Source: the human T2T-CHM13v2.0 reference genome, Homo sapiens
Reading direction: 5' to 3' (one strand)
NCBI RefSeq assembly: GCF_009914755.1
Contig: NC_060932.1
Length of the DNA: 64,000 bases
The position numbers were made by a program, and so were the translations under genes. The notes under the pieces are model-generated. The model did not search any database. It saw only the letters and a program-made list of their open reading frames with translations, and was not told where the DNA came from. This document shows positions 1 through 24,370 of this stretch, piece by piece (the first letter of the stretch is position 1; the number at the start of each line of letters is the position of its first letter).

Positions 1-3163
<3,163 letters not shown>

Positions 3164-4083
3164 AGCAAAGACTTCTGAAAGAGAATGCCCCTCAGTCAGC
3201 TACAACTTGGGTGACTGACTTTACAAGAACTTTCTTTAAGAAGAGTTTGCCCAAAGGGTAAGGACACTAGATGCTCTCCTGGAGAATGGGAGAAATTTCT
3301 TTTTGCACAGCCAAATATGGGTGTATGGGAAAATGGGCACTTTGATAAAGAGGAGAGAGAGTCCCTTTGAGAAGCTCGCCTAGGGTGATGTCTTCTGTGA
3401 TAAGCAGAACCACTGAAATGCAATGGGTTAAACCAATATCTCTGCATGAAACTTTCAAACAAGGACCATTTTTTTTGTAAAATGAGGGGAAGGAACTTAA
3501 GGCTGGGTGTCCTAAAAGTTACACTGACCAGTCATGACTGTGATTGCAGTTTAAAATAATAGACTCTGGAGGGTCAGAGCTGTGAAGTGTTTTGATAGGT
3601 GGAGGAGTCAGGGCTCTCCAGAGGAACAGAAACAATAGAACAGAACAAGTGGGGCGGGGTGGCTCGCACCTGTAATCCCACTTTGGGAAGCCAAGGTAGG
3701 CGGATCACTTGAGGTCAGGAGTTCAAGACCAGCCTGGGCATCTGTGTATGTGACATTCCAGCCAGTGACAATTATAATGGAGCTGAAAAACTGCTATCGC
3801 CTAGTGACATTGTAGTGCAATGGGTGACTCCTGTGTTTGTGGTGATGGTGGTATAAACAAACCTACTGCACTGTCAATCCTATAAAAGTAACGCACCTAC
3901 AATTATGTACAGTGCATACTTGATAATGATAATAAACAACTATGTTACTAGTTTATGTATTTACTTTTCCTGTTACTGTTATTTGAGAGCCTACTTCTTC
4001 TATTTATGGGTATATATATGCATATATAAGATGTGTGTGTGTGTGTGTGTGTGTATACATATATATATATTTTTTTTTTTTGA

Positions 4084-4188
<105 letters not shown>

Positions 4189-4191
4189 TGA

Positions 4192-4386
<195 letters not shown>

Positions 4387-4532
4387 TGAGACAGAGTCTC
4401 ACTGTGTCGCCCAGGCTGGAGTGCAGTGACAGGATCTCGGCTCACTGCAGCCTCTGCCTCCCAGGTTCAAGCAATTCTCCTGCCTCAGCCTCCTGAGTAA
4501 CCAGGATTACAGACATGCACCACCATGCTTGA

Positions 4533-4691
<159 letters not shown>

Positions 4692-5004
4692 TAACTATAA
4701 AACAGCCTGAGGCAGGTCCTTCAGGAGGTATTCCAGAAGAAGGCATTGCTATCACAGGAGACGGTAGCTCCATGCGTGTTATCGCTCCTAAAGACCTTCC
4801 AGTAGGACAAGATGTGGAGGTGGAAGACAGTGATATTGAGGATCCTGACCCTGGGTAGGCCTAGGCTAATGTGTGTGTTTGTGTCTTAGATTTAACAAAA
4901 AAGTTAAAAAACTTAAAAATAAAGGCTAGGCGCGATGGCTCACGCCTATAATCCCAGCACTTTGGGAGGCTGAGGCGGGTGGATTGCCTGAGCTCAGGAG
5001 TTCA

Positions 5005-5323
<319 letters not shown>

Positions 5324-5383
5324 TTAAGCTAAGTATTATTACAAAAGAGTCAACATTTAAAAAAATTTTAAAGCTTATAAAGT

Positions 5384-6299
<916 letters not shown>

Positions 6300-6536
6300 A
6301 AAGTTTATAAAGTAAAAAAGTTACATTAAGCTAAATTTAATTTACTGAAGAAAGAAAAACATCTTTAATAAATTCAGTGTAGCCTAAGTGTTCAGTGTTT
6401 ATAAAGTCTACAATAGTGTAATGTCCTCAGCCTTCATTCACTCACCACTCACTGACTCACCCAGAGAAACTTCCAGTCCTGAAACCTCCATTTATGCTAA
6501 GTGCCCTATACAGGTGTACCATCTTTTAATCATTTA

Positions 6537-6770
<234 letters not shown>

Positions 6771-6773
6771 TCA

Positions 6774-6875
<102 letters not shown>

Positions 6876-6982
6876 TCAAAAAAAAAAAAAAATTATTTGG
6901 GCCTGGCACAGTGGCTTACGCCTGTAATCCTAGCACTTTGGGAGGCCAAGGGGTGAATCACGAGGTCAGGAGTTCGAGACTA

Positions 6983-7233
<251 letters not shown>

Positions 7234-9796
7234 TTAATTTTTAAAAGCTTGGAGGTTCCCAAGTTGGATCTGAATCCGTGGGACCAACCTGATAATTCAA
7301 CCAGTGTAGTTTACAGAATGCTAAACTTTGTACAGCCACATTGGAGTTTATGTGCCCATCTCATTGTAGGCCAATGTGGGGGCCTGTCTGGAGTTAACCA
7401 GTCTTGCCTGGGAACTAGATCTATTGGAGGCTTCCTGGGGAGTCTTTGGGTTCTCGCCTAATGAGTCAAGGGTGCCCAGGTTCCTCAGGGTCACTGCGAC
7501 CCAGACCTCTGAGAGGCCCACTAGGTCTGAACAGTCTATCCGAAGTCCTGGAGACAGTCAGAGTTGCCCCACCTGTTGTCTGCATCGCAAGCCGACTAGA
7601 ATTAGTCTAGTCCTAGCAATGCAGCAACTCAAATGGACAGTTGCTGTTTCCTGGTGTGCTTCCAAACCCCCTTCCTACTTGTACACCTTCCCCCATTTTC
7701 CTCAGAGTCTTAAGTACATTAAAAAAAAAAAAAAAAAAAGAGGGCAAGAAAGAGAAACTTCCCTCCTGAAAGCTCTACTGCCTGTCCCCACTGCTTCTCA
7801 TATTTTACACTGGCAGATGGCTGTACCCAGCCCCTCCACTCCTGGGGAGGTCTTCTCCAGGGCACGCCCCTCCACTAACCCAAAGGTGAAGGGTGACTGT
7901 CCTGAGAGGAAGGGGTGGTAAAGGGAGGTGTGAGGCTGCAAGAGAGCTGGCAGGCTGGGGATGGAGGGGTGGCTCCCCGGATGCCTGCAGCTGCTCAGAT
8001 GTTTATTGGGAGCCTTCTCTAGGCTGCCCAGAGGGTTGGGGACATGCCCTTGAGGCACAGACCCGGAACCTTGTAGGGCAACAGGAGTGAGGGCCTTGAA
8101 GAGATGGCCCTTTCAGCCCCATGCTGTGCTGGGGCCTCGGCAGCAACTATATCTGCCCAAGTCTTACTTGGCCAATGATGCATCGTTAATGTTTTGTTTT
8201 TATTTTTTGTAGAGATCGGGTCTGGCTATGTTGCCCAGGCTGATCTCAAACTCCTGGGCACAAGTGATCCTCCCACTTCAGCCTCCCGAAGTGCTGGAAT
8301 TACAGGCTGAGCCACCTGGCCCAGGGACTTTTGCCCCACTTTGGGCTCTCTTCTTACTTGTCTTATTTGCTTGGTTTGGTTTATCTTACTTTCCACTCAC
8401 ACGCCTGGGCTCACATCTGTCCCGGATTAGAAAGTGATTCCAATGTCGATGTCCTGATGCCATTTGAGATCAAAGGCAGCAGCCCCAGGAGCCAAGAAGG
8501 CATTCCAGGATGGTGTGGTGGGGAAGAAGGAGACCCAGGCTTGCAGGAAGAAGGGAAAGTCCTCAACCACCATCCATGACCACCAGGGAAATACAGTGAG
8601 GCCCATGGAGTGGGAGAGCCCTGTACCCCACAGGCTAGGGGGTTATCTTTTTAGCCACTTGTATTGTCTGGGGTCCTCTCAAGGCTGCAGGAAGGAAATC
8701 CCTCCAATGTAAACTTACCATGACCTCTTCCACCTCCCTGATGTAAAAATGAAATGCTCCCTACACAAATGTCTCCAGCCTGGACCAAAGGGTCACTGGT
8801 GCCTGCCTTTCATTCATTCCAGACACTGTTCCCATTTCTCCTGACCCCACCTAAGCCCCTCACCCTTTTTATCTTTTCTATTTTTTTCTTTTCTTTCTTT
8901 CTTTTTTTTTTTTTTGAGACAGAGTCTCGCTCTGTTGCCTAGGCTAGAATGCAGTGGTGCAGTCGCACAATCTTGGCTCACTGCAGCCTCCGCCAACCAC
9001 GTTCAAGCAATTCTCATGCCTCAGCCACCTCAGTAGCCGGGATTACAGGCGTGCAACACCACGCCCAGCTAATTTTTGTATTTTTAGTAGAGATGGAGTT
9101 TCATCATGTTGGCCAGGCTGATCTCGAACTCCTGACCTCAGGTGATCCGCCCGCCTCGGCCTCCCAAAGTGCTGAAATTACAGGCGTGAGCCACCGCACC
9201 TGGCCACGCTTCACCTTTTAATGAGTCATGGGGTACTGGAAGAGGAAAGGCCCACAGGATGAGGGTCTGGTTGCCTCACTGATTCCAAACCAGAGCTTGG
9301 CTGGGGAAGGAGGGCCAGCCTGATTTCACCTTTGTGTGGGATTCGTCTAGGTAGTCCCAATTTCAGTCTTGCTTCTTCATGTATTTTTTTTTTTTTTTTG
9401 AGATGGAGTTTCACTGTTGTCGCCCATCACCCAGGCTGGAGTGCAATGGCATGATCTCGGCTCACTGCAACCCCCACCTCCCGGTCCAAGTGATTCTCCT
9501 GCCTCAGCCTCCTGAGTAGCTGGGATTACAGGCACCCGCCACCATGACTGGCTAATTTTTGTATTTTAAGTAGAGACAGGGTTTCGTCATGTTGGCCAGG
9601 CTAGTCTCAAACTCCTGACCTCAGGTGATCTGCCTGCCTCGACCTCCCAAAGCACTGGAATTACAGGCATCAGCCACCATGCCTGGCCCTCCTTTCCCCT
9701 ATTAAAATGAGAGTTCTTCCCATTATCATTCCATTGGGAAAAAAATGAGAGTTCACAGGGGGCAAAAGAGAAAATAATGTAGTCTAGGCTGGGCTG

Positions 9797-10171
9797 GGTC
9801 CATTGTCACACTGCTATAAAGACATACCAGAGACTGGGTAATTTATAAAGAAAACAGGTATAATCAGCTCATGGTTCTGCAAGCTATACAGGCTTCAGCT
9901 TCTGGGGAGGTCTCAGGAAACTTACAATCATGGCAGAAGTCAAAAAGGAAGCAAGCACCATCCTCACACAGCAGAGCAGGAGAGAGTGAGAGTGAAGAGG
10001 AGAGGCTACACATTTTCAAACAACCAGATCTCATGAGAACTCTGTGACAAGAACAGCAAGGGGGAAGTCTGCCCCTGTGATCCAGTCACCTCCCACAAGG
10101 CCCCTCCTCCAACACTGGGAATTACAATTCGACATGACACTTGGGTGGGGATACAGGGCCAAACCATATCA
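9797..10171 (-). mobile_element. MSTA-like MaLR LTR
   Basis: CTGCTATAAAGACATACC..GAAACTTACAATCATGGCAGAAG..CCAAACCATATCA terminus (reverse of TGATATGGTTTGG). Confidence 0.85.
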
Positions 10172-10176
10172 GCCTA

Positions 10177-10587
<411 letters not shown>

Positions 10588-10939
10588 TCACCCATGAGAC
10601 AACCTCAAGAAACCAGCAGCATTTTAGAATCTCTCTTCCAGGCATGGTGGACTCTTCTCACTAAAGTTCCAGCTACTCTCAAAGGAGCTTAAAGAGATGG
10701 GAATTTTCTCAGGGAAACCAAGCTTCCTGTACGCCCACAGCCTTCCAGTGACCATGTGACCATTGATGCTTCAGCTATCAGATGAAAGCAAGCCCCTGGG
10801 ATTCTGTCTCCACTATCTCAGAGGAGGGCTGGCCAGAGTTTGATCTCCCTTTTTCTTTCATCCTGTTCTTCTACAGTATCTATTTTATCTTAATAAGAGG
10901 TAGAGTAATTCCTCCCACTTTCATCTTTCTTTTTTTCCC

Positions 10940-14300
<3,361 letters not shown>

Positions 14301-14592
14301 ATATCTATTTTATCTTGATCTCAACCTCTGTGTCCACCAGATCACAAAGGCTTTGGCCAAGTTATAGAATCTAGAACTGCAAAAGGCTTTGGAAATCATC
14401 AGGTCCCACATCCTTCACCACATATGAAGAGAGGCCTGGGCCAGGTGCAGTGGCTCATGCCTGTAATCCTAGCACTCTGGGAGGCCAAGGCAGGTGAATT
14501 GCTTGAGTCCAGGAGTTCCAGACCAGACTAGACAACATGGCAAAACCCCATCAATACAAAAAAATTACCCAGATGTGGTGGCATGTGCCTGT

Positions 14593-15788
<1,196 letters not shown>

Positions 15789-16474
15789 TTAAAATAATTA
15801 AAAAAAAGAGAGACCTGGGGTTGGAAGTAGTGACTTGCCCAAGGTCACAGAGCTAATTAGCAGCAGAAGTTGGAGAAGCCTCATTTCCAGATGTTGTGCT
15901 GCTTCCTCTGCTGCTGAAGTCAATGGCAATGGATTAGGACATGGAGACTTCCCACTTTTCAGACACCCTCAGGAGGGCGCATTCATTGCCCACTTGCTCT
16001 CTTATAACAGATAAAATGCAAAAGCCTAAATAAGATTTAGGTGTGTGCAAAGCCTAAATAAGATTACCCCAAGTTCCTTTCAGCCCAAAGTTAGAACACA
16101 AAAGGGCAGAGGGCAAGAGAAGAGCTGGCCACTCAGGGCTGCAGGGGCAAAGCTTTGACAACCAAAATCTCCCAAGGAAGAAAACCTAAGGGTGGGTCAG
16201 CCTGGGGACCAGCTCCCTCTGCTGGTCGATGGGCATTTGGATAAGAAACTGGGCTAAAGGGGACCCGAGAAAGCAGGCGCTTGTCCCAACATGGTTAACA
16301 AAGAGTAGGAAGTTAGGTCTTCCAATGCATACACTCTCTGTGTTCCTTATGGCATCAGCTAGAGGCCACTTTCCAAACTGCAGGTTAGAAGGCAAAGAAT
16401 GGAGTGGACGGATTACACCTCCACATCAACATGACAGGACATTCCCACAGCTGGGTCCTCACCCCTGCTTACAC

Positions 16475-17027
<553 letters not shown>

Positions 17028-17039
17028 TTACAGTGTAGG

Positions 17040-17560
<521 letters not shown>

Positions 17561-17618
17561 GAATCCCTGGAAGTGGTCATTGCACTCATAAACAAACCTA
17601 AAAAGCATATGAAAATCA

Positions 17619-17798
<180 letters not shown>

Positions 17799-17801
17799 TC
17801 A

Positions 17802-17951
<150 letters not shown>

Positions 17952-18536
17952 CTATAGTAAAGAAAAAAAATCACTAAGACACAATAATTTGCTTAAAATT
18001 GAGCCAAGGTCAGGAGCAGTAGCTCATATCTGTAATCCTAACACTTAACGAGGCTGAGGCAGGAGAATCACTTGAAGCCAGGAGTTCAAGACCAGTCTGG
18101 GCAACATAGTGAGACCCCTATCTCTACAAAGAAAACAAAAAAAATTAAAAATTAGTTGGGTGTGGTGATGTGTACCTGTGGTCTTAGCTACTCAGGAGGC
18201 TGAGGTGGGAGGATTGCTTGAGCCCAGGAGTTCAAGGCTGCAGTGAGCCATGATTGTGCTACTGAAATCCAGACAGGTCGACAGAACACCCTGTCTCTAA
18301 AAAAACAAACAAATTAAGATAAAATAAAATTGAGCCAAAAGCCTTCATCCTCAAATTTGCACCAATATGACAAAATGCTCTGGTTTCATTTTATTTGGAC
18401 TCTGTGTGTGATAGTGTAAACATTTATAGAGTGAATGAAAAGACAGACTGATGGACCAACTGTGAAATGAACTGGTTCTATTTAAAAGAAAAAAAGGTCC
18501 GGTATAGTGGCTCACGCCTGTAACCCCAGCACTTTA

Positions 18537-18796
<260 letters not shown>

Positions 18797-18810
18797 TCAC
18801 AAATCAAACC

Positions 18811-18846
18811 CTACAGTCTCACCAAGAGTGCCACTAGAGGGAGCTG
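18811..18846 (+). promoter_or_regulatory. Candidate CTCF site (core plus upstream motif)
   Basis: Core GTGCCACTAGAGGGAGCTG at 18828-18846; CTACAGT (TGCAGT-like) begins about 19 bp before the CCAC; unique, CpG-richer DNA. Confidence 0.6.
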
Positions 18847-19576
18847 CGGCGCAGCGTTCACCCCATGGGAGCGCCCTGGGGCTCCCCCAGCACTTCCCAC
18901 GCTCTGGGGTGGCTTTCGAGGACATTCCGGCTACCCCTTCCCATCACACCCCCATGTCTTTCTTTTTTGTTGACCCGCATGTTTTCTCATGTACATGCCA
19001 ACCCAGAGGTTAGGGACAGAGGCGAGTCCATGGGCAGAACTGGTCCCCAGTGCGCTGGGACACTTAATAAATGTCACATTTTGTGTCTCCAATAAAGGAA
19101 ACTGAGGGCCTGTTGGCAGAAGCCCAGCCTGGGAACCAGGAGGCGGCTGCTCAACGGCGCTGGGCATTCCCTGTGAGTCCACCACGGTTCCCAACATGAC
19201 GCCTTAGGTTTTACATGGGGAAGTAGTGCTTCCTCCATTTCACTCGTGGAAAAAAAAATGGAATTTCAGAGTGATTTGTAAAGGGTGCATAGGAAGTTAG
19301 TGGACTTTGAACCCAGAACTTTTTATCCACAAAACTCATGGAATTAACACTGCACCATCGGCTTTGAGTTTTCAAATATGTCCATACTGAGAGGGTTGCT
19401 TTTTGTGAGATCCAGTGAGGCTAGAAGACTGAGTCCAGGGTTCCGTTGGAGTCCGCAGAAGGGAAAAGGAAGGCTTTTACCCTGGAGTCCTTCCCGAGGG
19501 CCGGAGGCCGGCCAGTGTCACCACTCCGAAGCGCAGTGTGGACCCGCCCCAGGCAACAGTCCTCAAGGTTCCTGTC

Positions 19577-20421
19577 TGTAATGGATTGAATGTTCGTGTC
19601 TTCCCCAAATTCACGTGTTGAAGCCCTAACCCCAATGTAATGGGATTGGGAGGTAGGGCCTTTGGGAGGTAAGGAGGTTTAGATGAGATCATTAGGGTGG
19701 AGCGCTCATGATGGGATTAGTGTTCTTATGAGAAAAGACACCACAGGCTCTTGCACTCTTGCAGGGCGTGCTGGGTTGTGCTCTCTCTCTCTCTCTCTTG
19801 CCCCCCCCCCCCCCCGCGCGCTCTCTCTCTCCCGCCCCCTTTCTCCCTTTCTCTCTCTCTCTCCTTCCCCCACTAATTCTCTCTCTCTTCTCTAGTTCTC
19901 TCTCTCTCCCTTTCTCCCTCTCTCTCCCTCTCTTCTCCCATCCTCTCCCTCTCTCTCTCCCTTTCACCCTCCCTCTCTCTCCTTCTTTTCTCCCATCCTT
20001 TCTCTCTCCCCCCTCTCTCTCCCATTCTCCCTCTGTCTCTCTTTCCCTCGCCCCCTTTTTCCCTTTCTCTCTCTCTCTCCCTCTACCACTTCTCTCTCTC
20101 CCTCTCCCCTTCCTCTCTCCTTGCCTGCTTCCCTTTCTCTTTCTCTCTCTCTCCTCCTTTCCCTCTCCCTTTTTCCCTCTCCCTTTCTCCCTCTCTCCCT
20201 TTCTTTCTCTTCCTTTCCATCTCTCTCTCTCTGCCCTCTGAGTTCACAGTGAGAAGGCAGCAATCTACAAACCAAGCAGAGGGCCCTCGCCAGCAACCAA
20301 ATCAGCCAGCACCTTGATCTTGGACTTCTAGACTCCAGAACTGTGAAAAATACATGTCTGTTGCCTAAGTCGCTGAGTTTATGCTATTTTGTTTGTTATA
20401 GCGGCCCAAGCAGACAAACAC
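19577..20421 (+). mobile_element. MLT1A-like MaLR LTR with an internal expanded CT tract
   Basis: TGTAATGGATTGAATGTT..CCCCAAATTCA..GAAGCCCTAACCCC 5' part; CACCTTGATCTTGGACTTC..CCAGAACTGTGA 3' part. Confidence 0.8.
19781..20238. repeat. ~460-bp CT-rich polypyrimidine/polypurine tract
   Basis: Almost exclusively C/T on the + strand, degenerate (CT)n/(CCT)n. Confidence 0.97.
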
Positions 20422-21192
20422 ACTGTCCTCACCTCTCTCTTCTTTAAGATGGTTTTCCCCTTCTCCCAGTAAAACCTGCTCTCAGCTAAAGATTTCACCT
20501 ATTTCACAAACTCCTCAGCTGATGTGATATACTCTGAAGTGCGGGAATCATTGGTAGAGTGGTTAAGTGTATGGGTTTTGGATTAAATACATTATGCAAA
20601 TACTTAAATTTGGAGCCTGGGCAACATAATGAGACCCAGTCTCTACAAGAAGTAAAATAAATAAATAAATAAATAAACAAACAAACAAACAATGAGGCGG
20701 GTGTGGTGGTGCACACCTGTAGTTGGCTACTCCAGAGTCTGAGGTGGCAGGATCACTTGAGCCCAGGAGGTGGAGGCTGCAGGGAGCTATCATTACAACA
20801 CTGCACCCCAGCCTGGGCCATAGAGCAAGACCTTGTCTCAAAAAAAAAATGGGCTTTGGGTATGGGCAGGCTATCCCCCCACCCCCGCCGACCCCAAACC
20901 TCCTCTCCCTCGTGTGTGAAATGAAGATACTAATACTTTTCTTATAAGGTCGTGGGGACATTCAGTGATTCCATCCATGTGCAACCTTGTGCAGTGCAGG
21001 CACTGGGTAAGAGCTCCATAACGTTTGTTTCCTTTCTTCCTTGTACAGTCTCGGATTCCAAGGACATGTTTACAGTTTTGCAGAAACTTTAGTGAAAAGA
21101 AAAAAGCAGCCAGGGCTGGGCGCTGTGGCTCACACCCATAATCCCAGCACTTTGGGAGGCTGAGGCAGGTGGATCACGAGGTCAGGAGTTCA

Positions 21193-21423
<231 letters not shown>

Positions 21424-21900
21424 TTAGTGGCTCACACCTGTAATTCCAGCAAATTGAGAGGCCAAGGCAGGAGGATCACTTGAGCCCAGGAGTTCAAGGC
21501 CAGTCTGGGGAACACAGTGGGACCCCCATCTCTACAAAATTTAAAAAATTATCTGGGTGTGGTGGTACATGCCTGTGGTCCCAGCTTACTCTGGAGGCTG
21601 AGGTGGGAGGATGGCTTAAGCCTGGGAGGTCGAGGCTGCTGTGAGAGTGAGCCATGGTCGTGGCACTGCACTCCAGCTTGGGTGACAGGGCAAGACTCTG
21701 TTTCAAAAAAAAGAAAAAGAAAAAAGCTAAAATGGGAAAATTCTAGGCATCAACCTGTGAATGGAAGAAGTATTTGGGGTGGGGAGGAACATTTAGAGAT
21801 TGTGGACCTTGAATCCTCACCCTGTGCACAACGGAATTGTGGACTTCGGTCCACAATTGGGGACTCGCCCCCAATGCAAGAAGAGTGCATCGTGATACTC

Positions 21901-22001
21901 CACACACACGCATCCACATGTACACACAGACACATACACACACAGACACACACACACAGAGGCACAGACACACACAGGCGCACACACACACACACACACA
22001 C
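21901..22001. repeat. Imperfect (CA)n microsatellite
   Basis: CACACACACG..CACACACACA runs. Confidence 0.95.
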
Positions 22002-22004
22002 ATT

Positions 22005-22821
22005 TGTTCAGGATCAGGATTTGCTTTCTGGTTCTTGTTTTGGTTTGTTTTTTTTTCGGTTTTGGTTTTTTGTTTTGTTGAGACAGAGCCTCACCATGTT
22101 GCCCAGGCTGGAGTGCAGTGGTACGATCTCAGCTCCCTGCAACCTCCGCCTCCCAGGTTCAAGCGATTCTGCCTCAGCCTCCCGAGTAGCTGGGATTACA
22201 GGTGCCCGCCATCACGCCTGGCTAATTTTTGTATTTACAGTAGAGATGAGGCTTCGCCATGTTGGTCAGGCTGGTCTCAAACTCCTGACCTCGTGATCTG
22301 CCCGCCTCGGCCTCCTAAAGTGCTGGGATTACAGACATGAGCCACTGCACCCGACCAGGATTTGCTTTCTTGACTGCTCTGCACATCCCCTCCCTGTTTG
22401 TCCTCTACTCCACTGTGCTGGAATCTTCTGTTGCCCTTTTGAGGTTTACTCTCCACTCTTTTCCACCCTGCTCTGAGCCCCAGGATGTTGACCTAAGGGA
22501 CACATCAATGGGCTCCCTTGTCCTTTGTCTCCCAGCTGGATTAGGGAACTGGCGGGATATCTGAGGGCAGGAGGCAGTGAGGTATGACGGCCTATGTCCC
22601 AACTCCCTCCCTATACCCGGCCCAGGCCTGAAGGTGGTAGCCACTGTGTGGCTCCCTCACTCTCTGGATTCCAGTAATCACTTCCTTTCCCTTGCTGGGA
22701 TTCTAGCCTGGCTGTTGAAGTTTCCCTTCTGTTTCCCCTATCTCCAGCCCACCCCATTGTAAATCATCCCTTAATTAAACTCTCCTTAGATGACCCAGTT
22801 TGGGTGACCCTGACTGATACA
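22005..22821 (+). mobile_element. LTR33-like ERVL LTR interrupted by Alu (TSD CAGGATTTGCTTTCT)
   Basis: CCACCCTGCTCTG..CATCAATGGGCTCCCTTG; 3' end TTGTAAAT..ATTAAACTCTCC..CCCTGACTGATACA. Confidence 0.6.
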
Positions 22822-23066
22822 TCCCTGAAGACCTCTAGGTCCACATGGCCAGTCCCCTCCTGGTCCCCCACTGTCACTGAAGACCACAGTGTCACTGTTC
22901 TTCAGCTGCAGCCAAGGGCTCTCCCTGCTATGTCAGCTCTCCTGCCGAACACACAATGTCTCTAAGCCTGAACCAGCTCAGAGGGACACACCCAAATCCA
23001 CTGCAGGAGAAAAACCCCAGGCAGACCTCCCCGTGGCCACTTCCTTCACTCTCCAAAACCATGGTG

Positions 23067-23900
23067 TGGTTTTGTTAGGATGGCAAAACCAGGTATCCAA
23101 AGGCAAAAGTATCCAACCATGCCCAGGAAGGAAAGGAGTTGTTGCTTTGTAGAAGGGGTTGGGGTTTGAAAGATCAGCCAGGGAGAGCACGTGTGTTTTC
23201 ATGAAGAATTATGGCAAGGTAGGTAATGGATGGAGAAGAAATTTGAGCTTTGGAGGGGGATACCTGATATCCCTTGGAGAATAAATATTGAAGGAGCAGG
23301 AGGGTGTCTTGTTGAGAAGATTCAAAGGAGGGGCTACAAAGTAGAAGGTCATCAATATATTGAATAAAGTGAGAAGCAGAGGGGTGGAAAGAAAGTAAAT
23401 CATGAGAAAGAGCTTGGCTGAAGTAATGAGGGCTGTCCCTGAAACCTTGTGGCAGTACAGCCCAGGTAAGCTGCTGGGACTGATGGGTGTCCGGGTCAGT
23501 CCAGGTAAAAGCAAAGAGAGGCTGGGACGAGGGGTGCAGGGGAATAGTGAAAAAAGCATCTTTAAGATCAAGAATGGAATAGTGAGTTGTGGAGGAAGGT
23601 ATTGAGGACAAAAGAGTGTACGGGTTGGGCACTACAGAGTGGATAGGCAAAACAATTTGGTTCATAAGGCACAGATCCTGAACTAACCTGTAAGACTTGT
23701 CCGGTTTTTGGACAGGTAAAATGGGAGTTGTAAGGAGAGTTTATAGGCTTTAGAAGCCCATGCTGTAGCAGGCGAGTGATAACAGGCTTTAGTCCCCTTA
23801 AATCCTGTTGTGGGATGGGATACTGACATTGAGCGGGGTAAGGATTATTAGGTTTTAATGGGATAGTAATGGGCATGTGATCAGTTGCCAGGGAGGGAGT
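23067..23900 (-). pseudogene. pol: HERV-H pol, reverse transcriptase remnant
   Basis: QYPIP, LDLKDAFF, WTDPD, LPQGFRDSP, QYIDDLLL (YIDD at 23348-23359), SPSKAQ; split by frameshifts. Confidence 0.92.
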
Positions 23901-23922
23901 AGAGGTGTCCCATACTTGTGGG

Positions 23923-24330
23923 TTAAGTTGGGGGGATACAAGAGGAAGACGTGAAGGAGGCTTTGAGTTGGGGAGAAGGGCAACAGTGAGATATGGCTGT
24001 AGTCCAGGAATAGTCAGGGTAGCAGATAATTTTGTTAAAACATCTCAACCTAATAGGGGAAATGGGCAGGTGGGGATAACTAAAAAGGGAGTGCATAAAA
24101 GAATGTTGCCCAAGTTGGCACCAAAGTTGGAGAGTTTTAAGAGGTTTAGAAGCCTGGCCGTCAATACCCACAACAGTTATGGAGGCAAGGGAAACAGGCC
24201 CTTGAAAAGAAGGTAATGTGGAGTGAGTAGCCTCCATATTGATTAAGAAGGGGATGGACTTACCCTCCACTGTAGGAGTTACCAAAGCATCTGTGATGGT
24301 CCAGGAGGTTTCCATGGCAATCGAGCAGCA
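23923..24330 (-). pseudogene. pro: HERV-H protease remnant
   Basis: VEGKSIPFLINMEATHSTL (the catalytic DTG triad reads NME) and ITVVGIDGQ flap; frameshifted. Confidence 0.85.
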
Positions 24331-24370
24331 TCAGTCTTCAGCCACTAAGCTGAGAAGATCTAGAAAGGAG

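Noticed and set aside
7376-7921. 181-aa ORF in unique DNA
   Set aside because: Non-ATG start, crosses a poly(A) run, no recognisable family or exon signals
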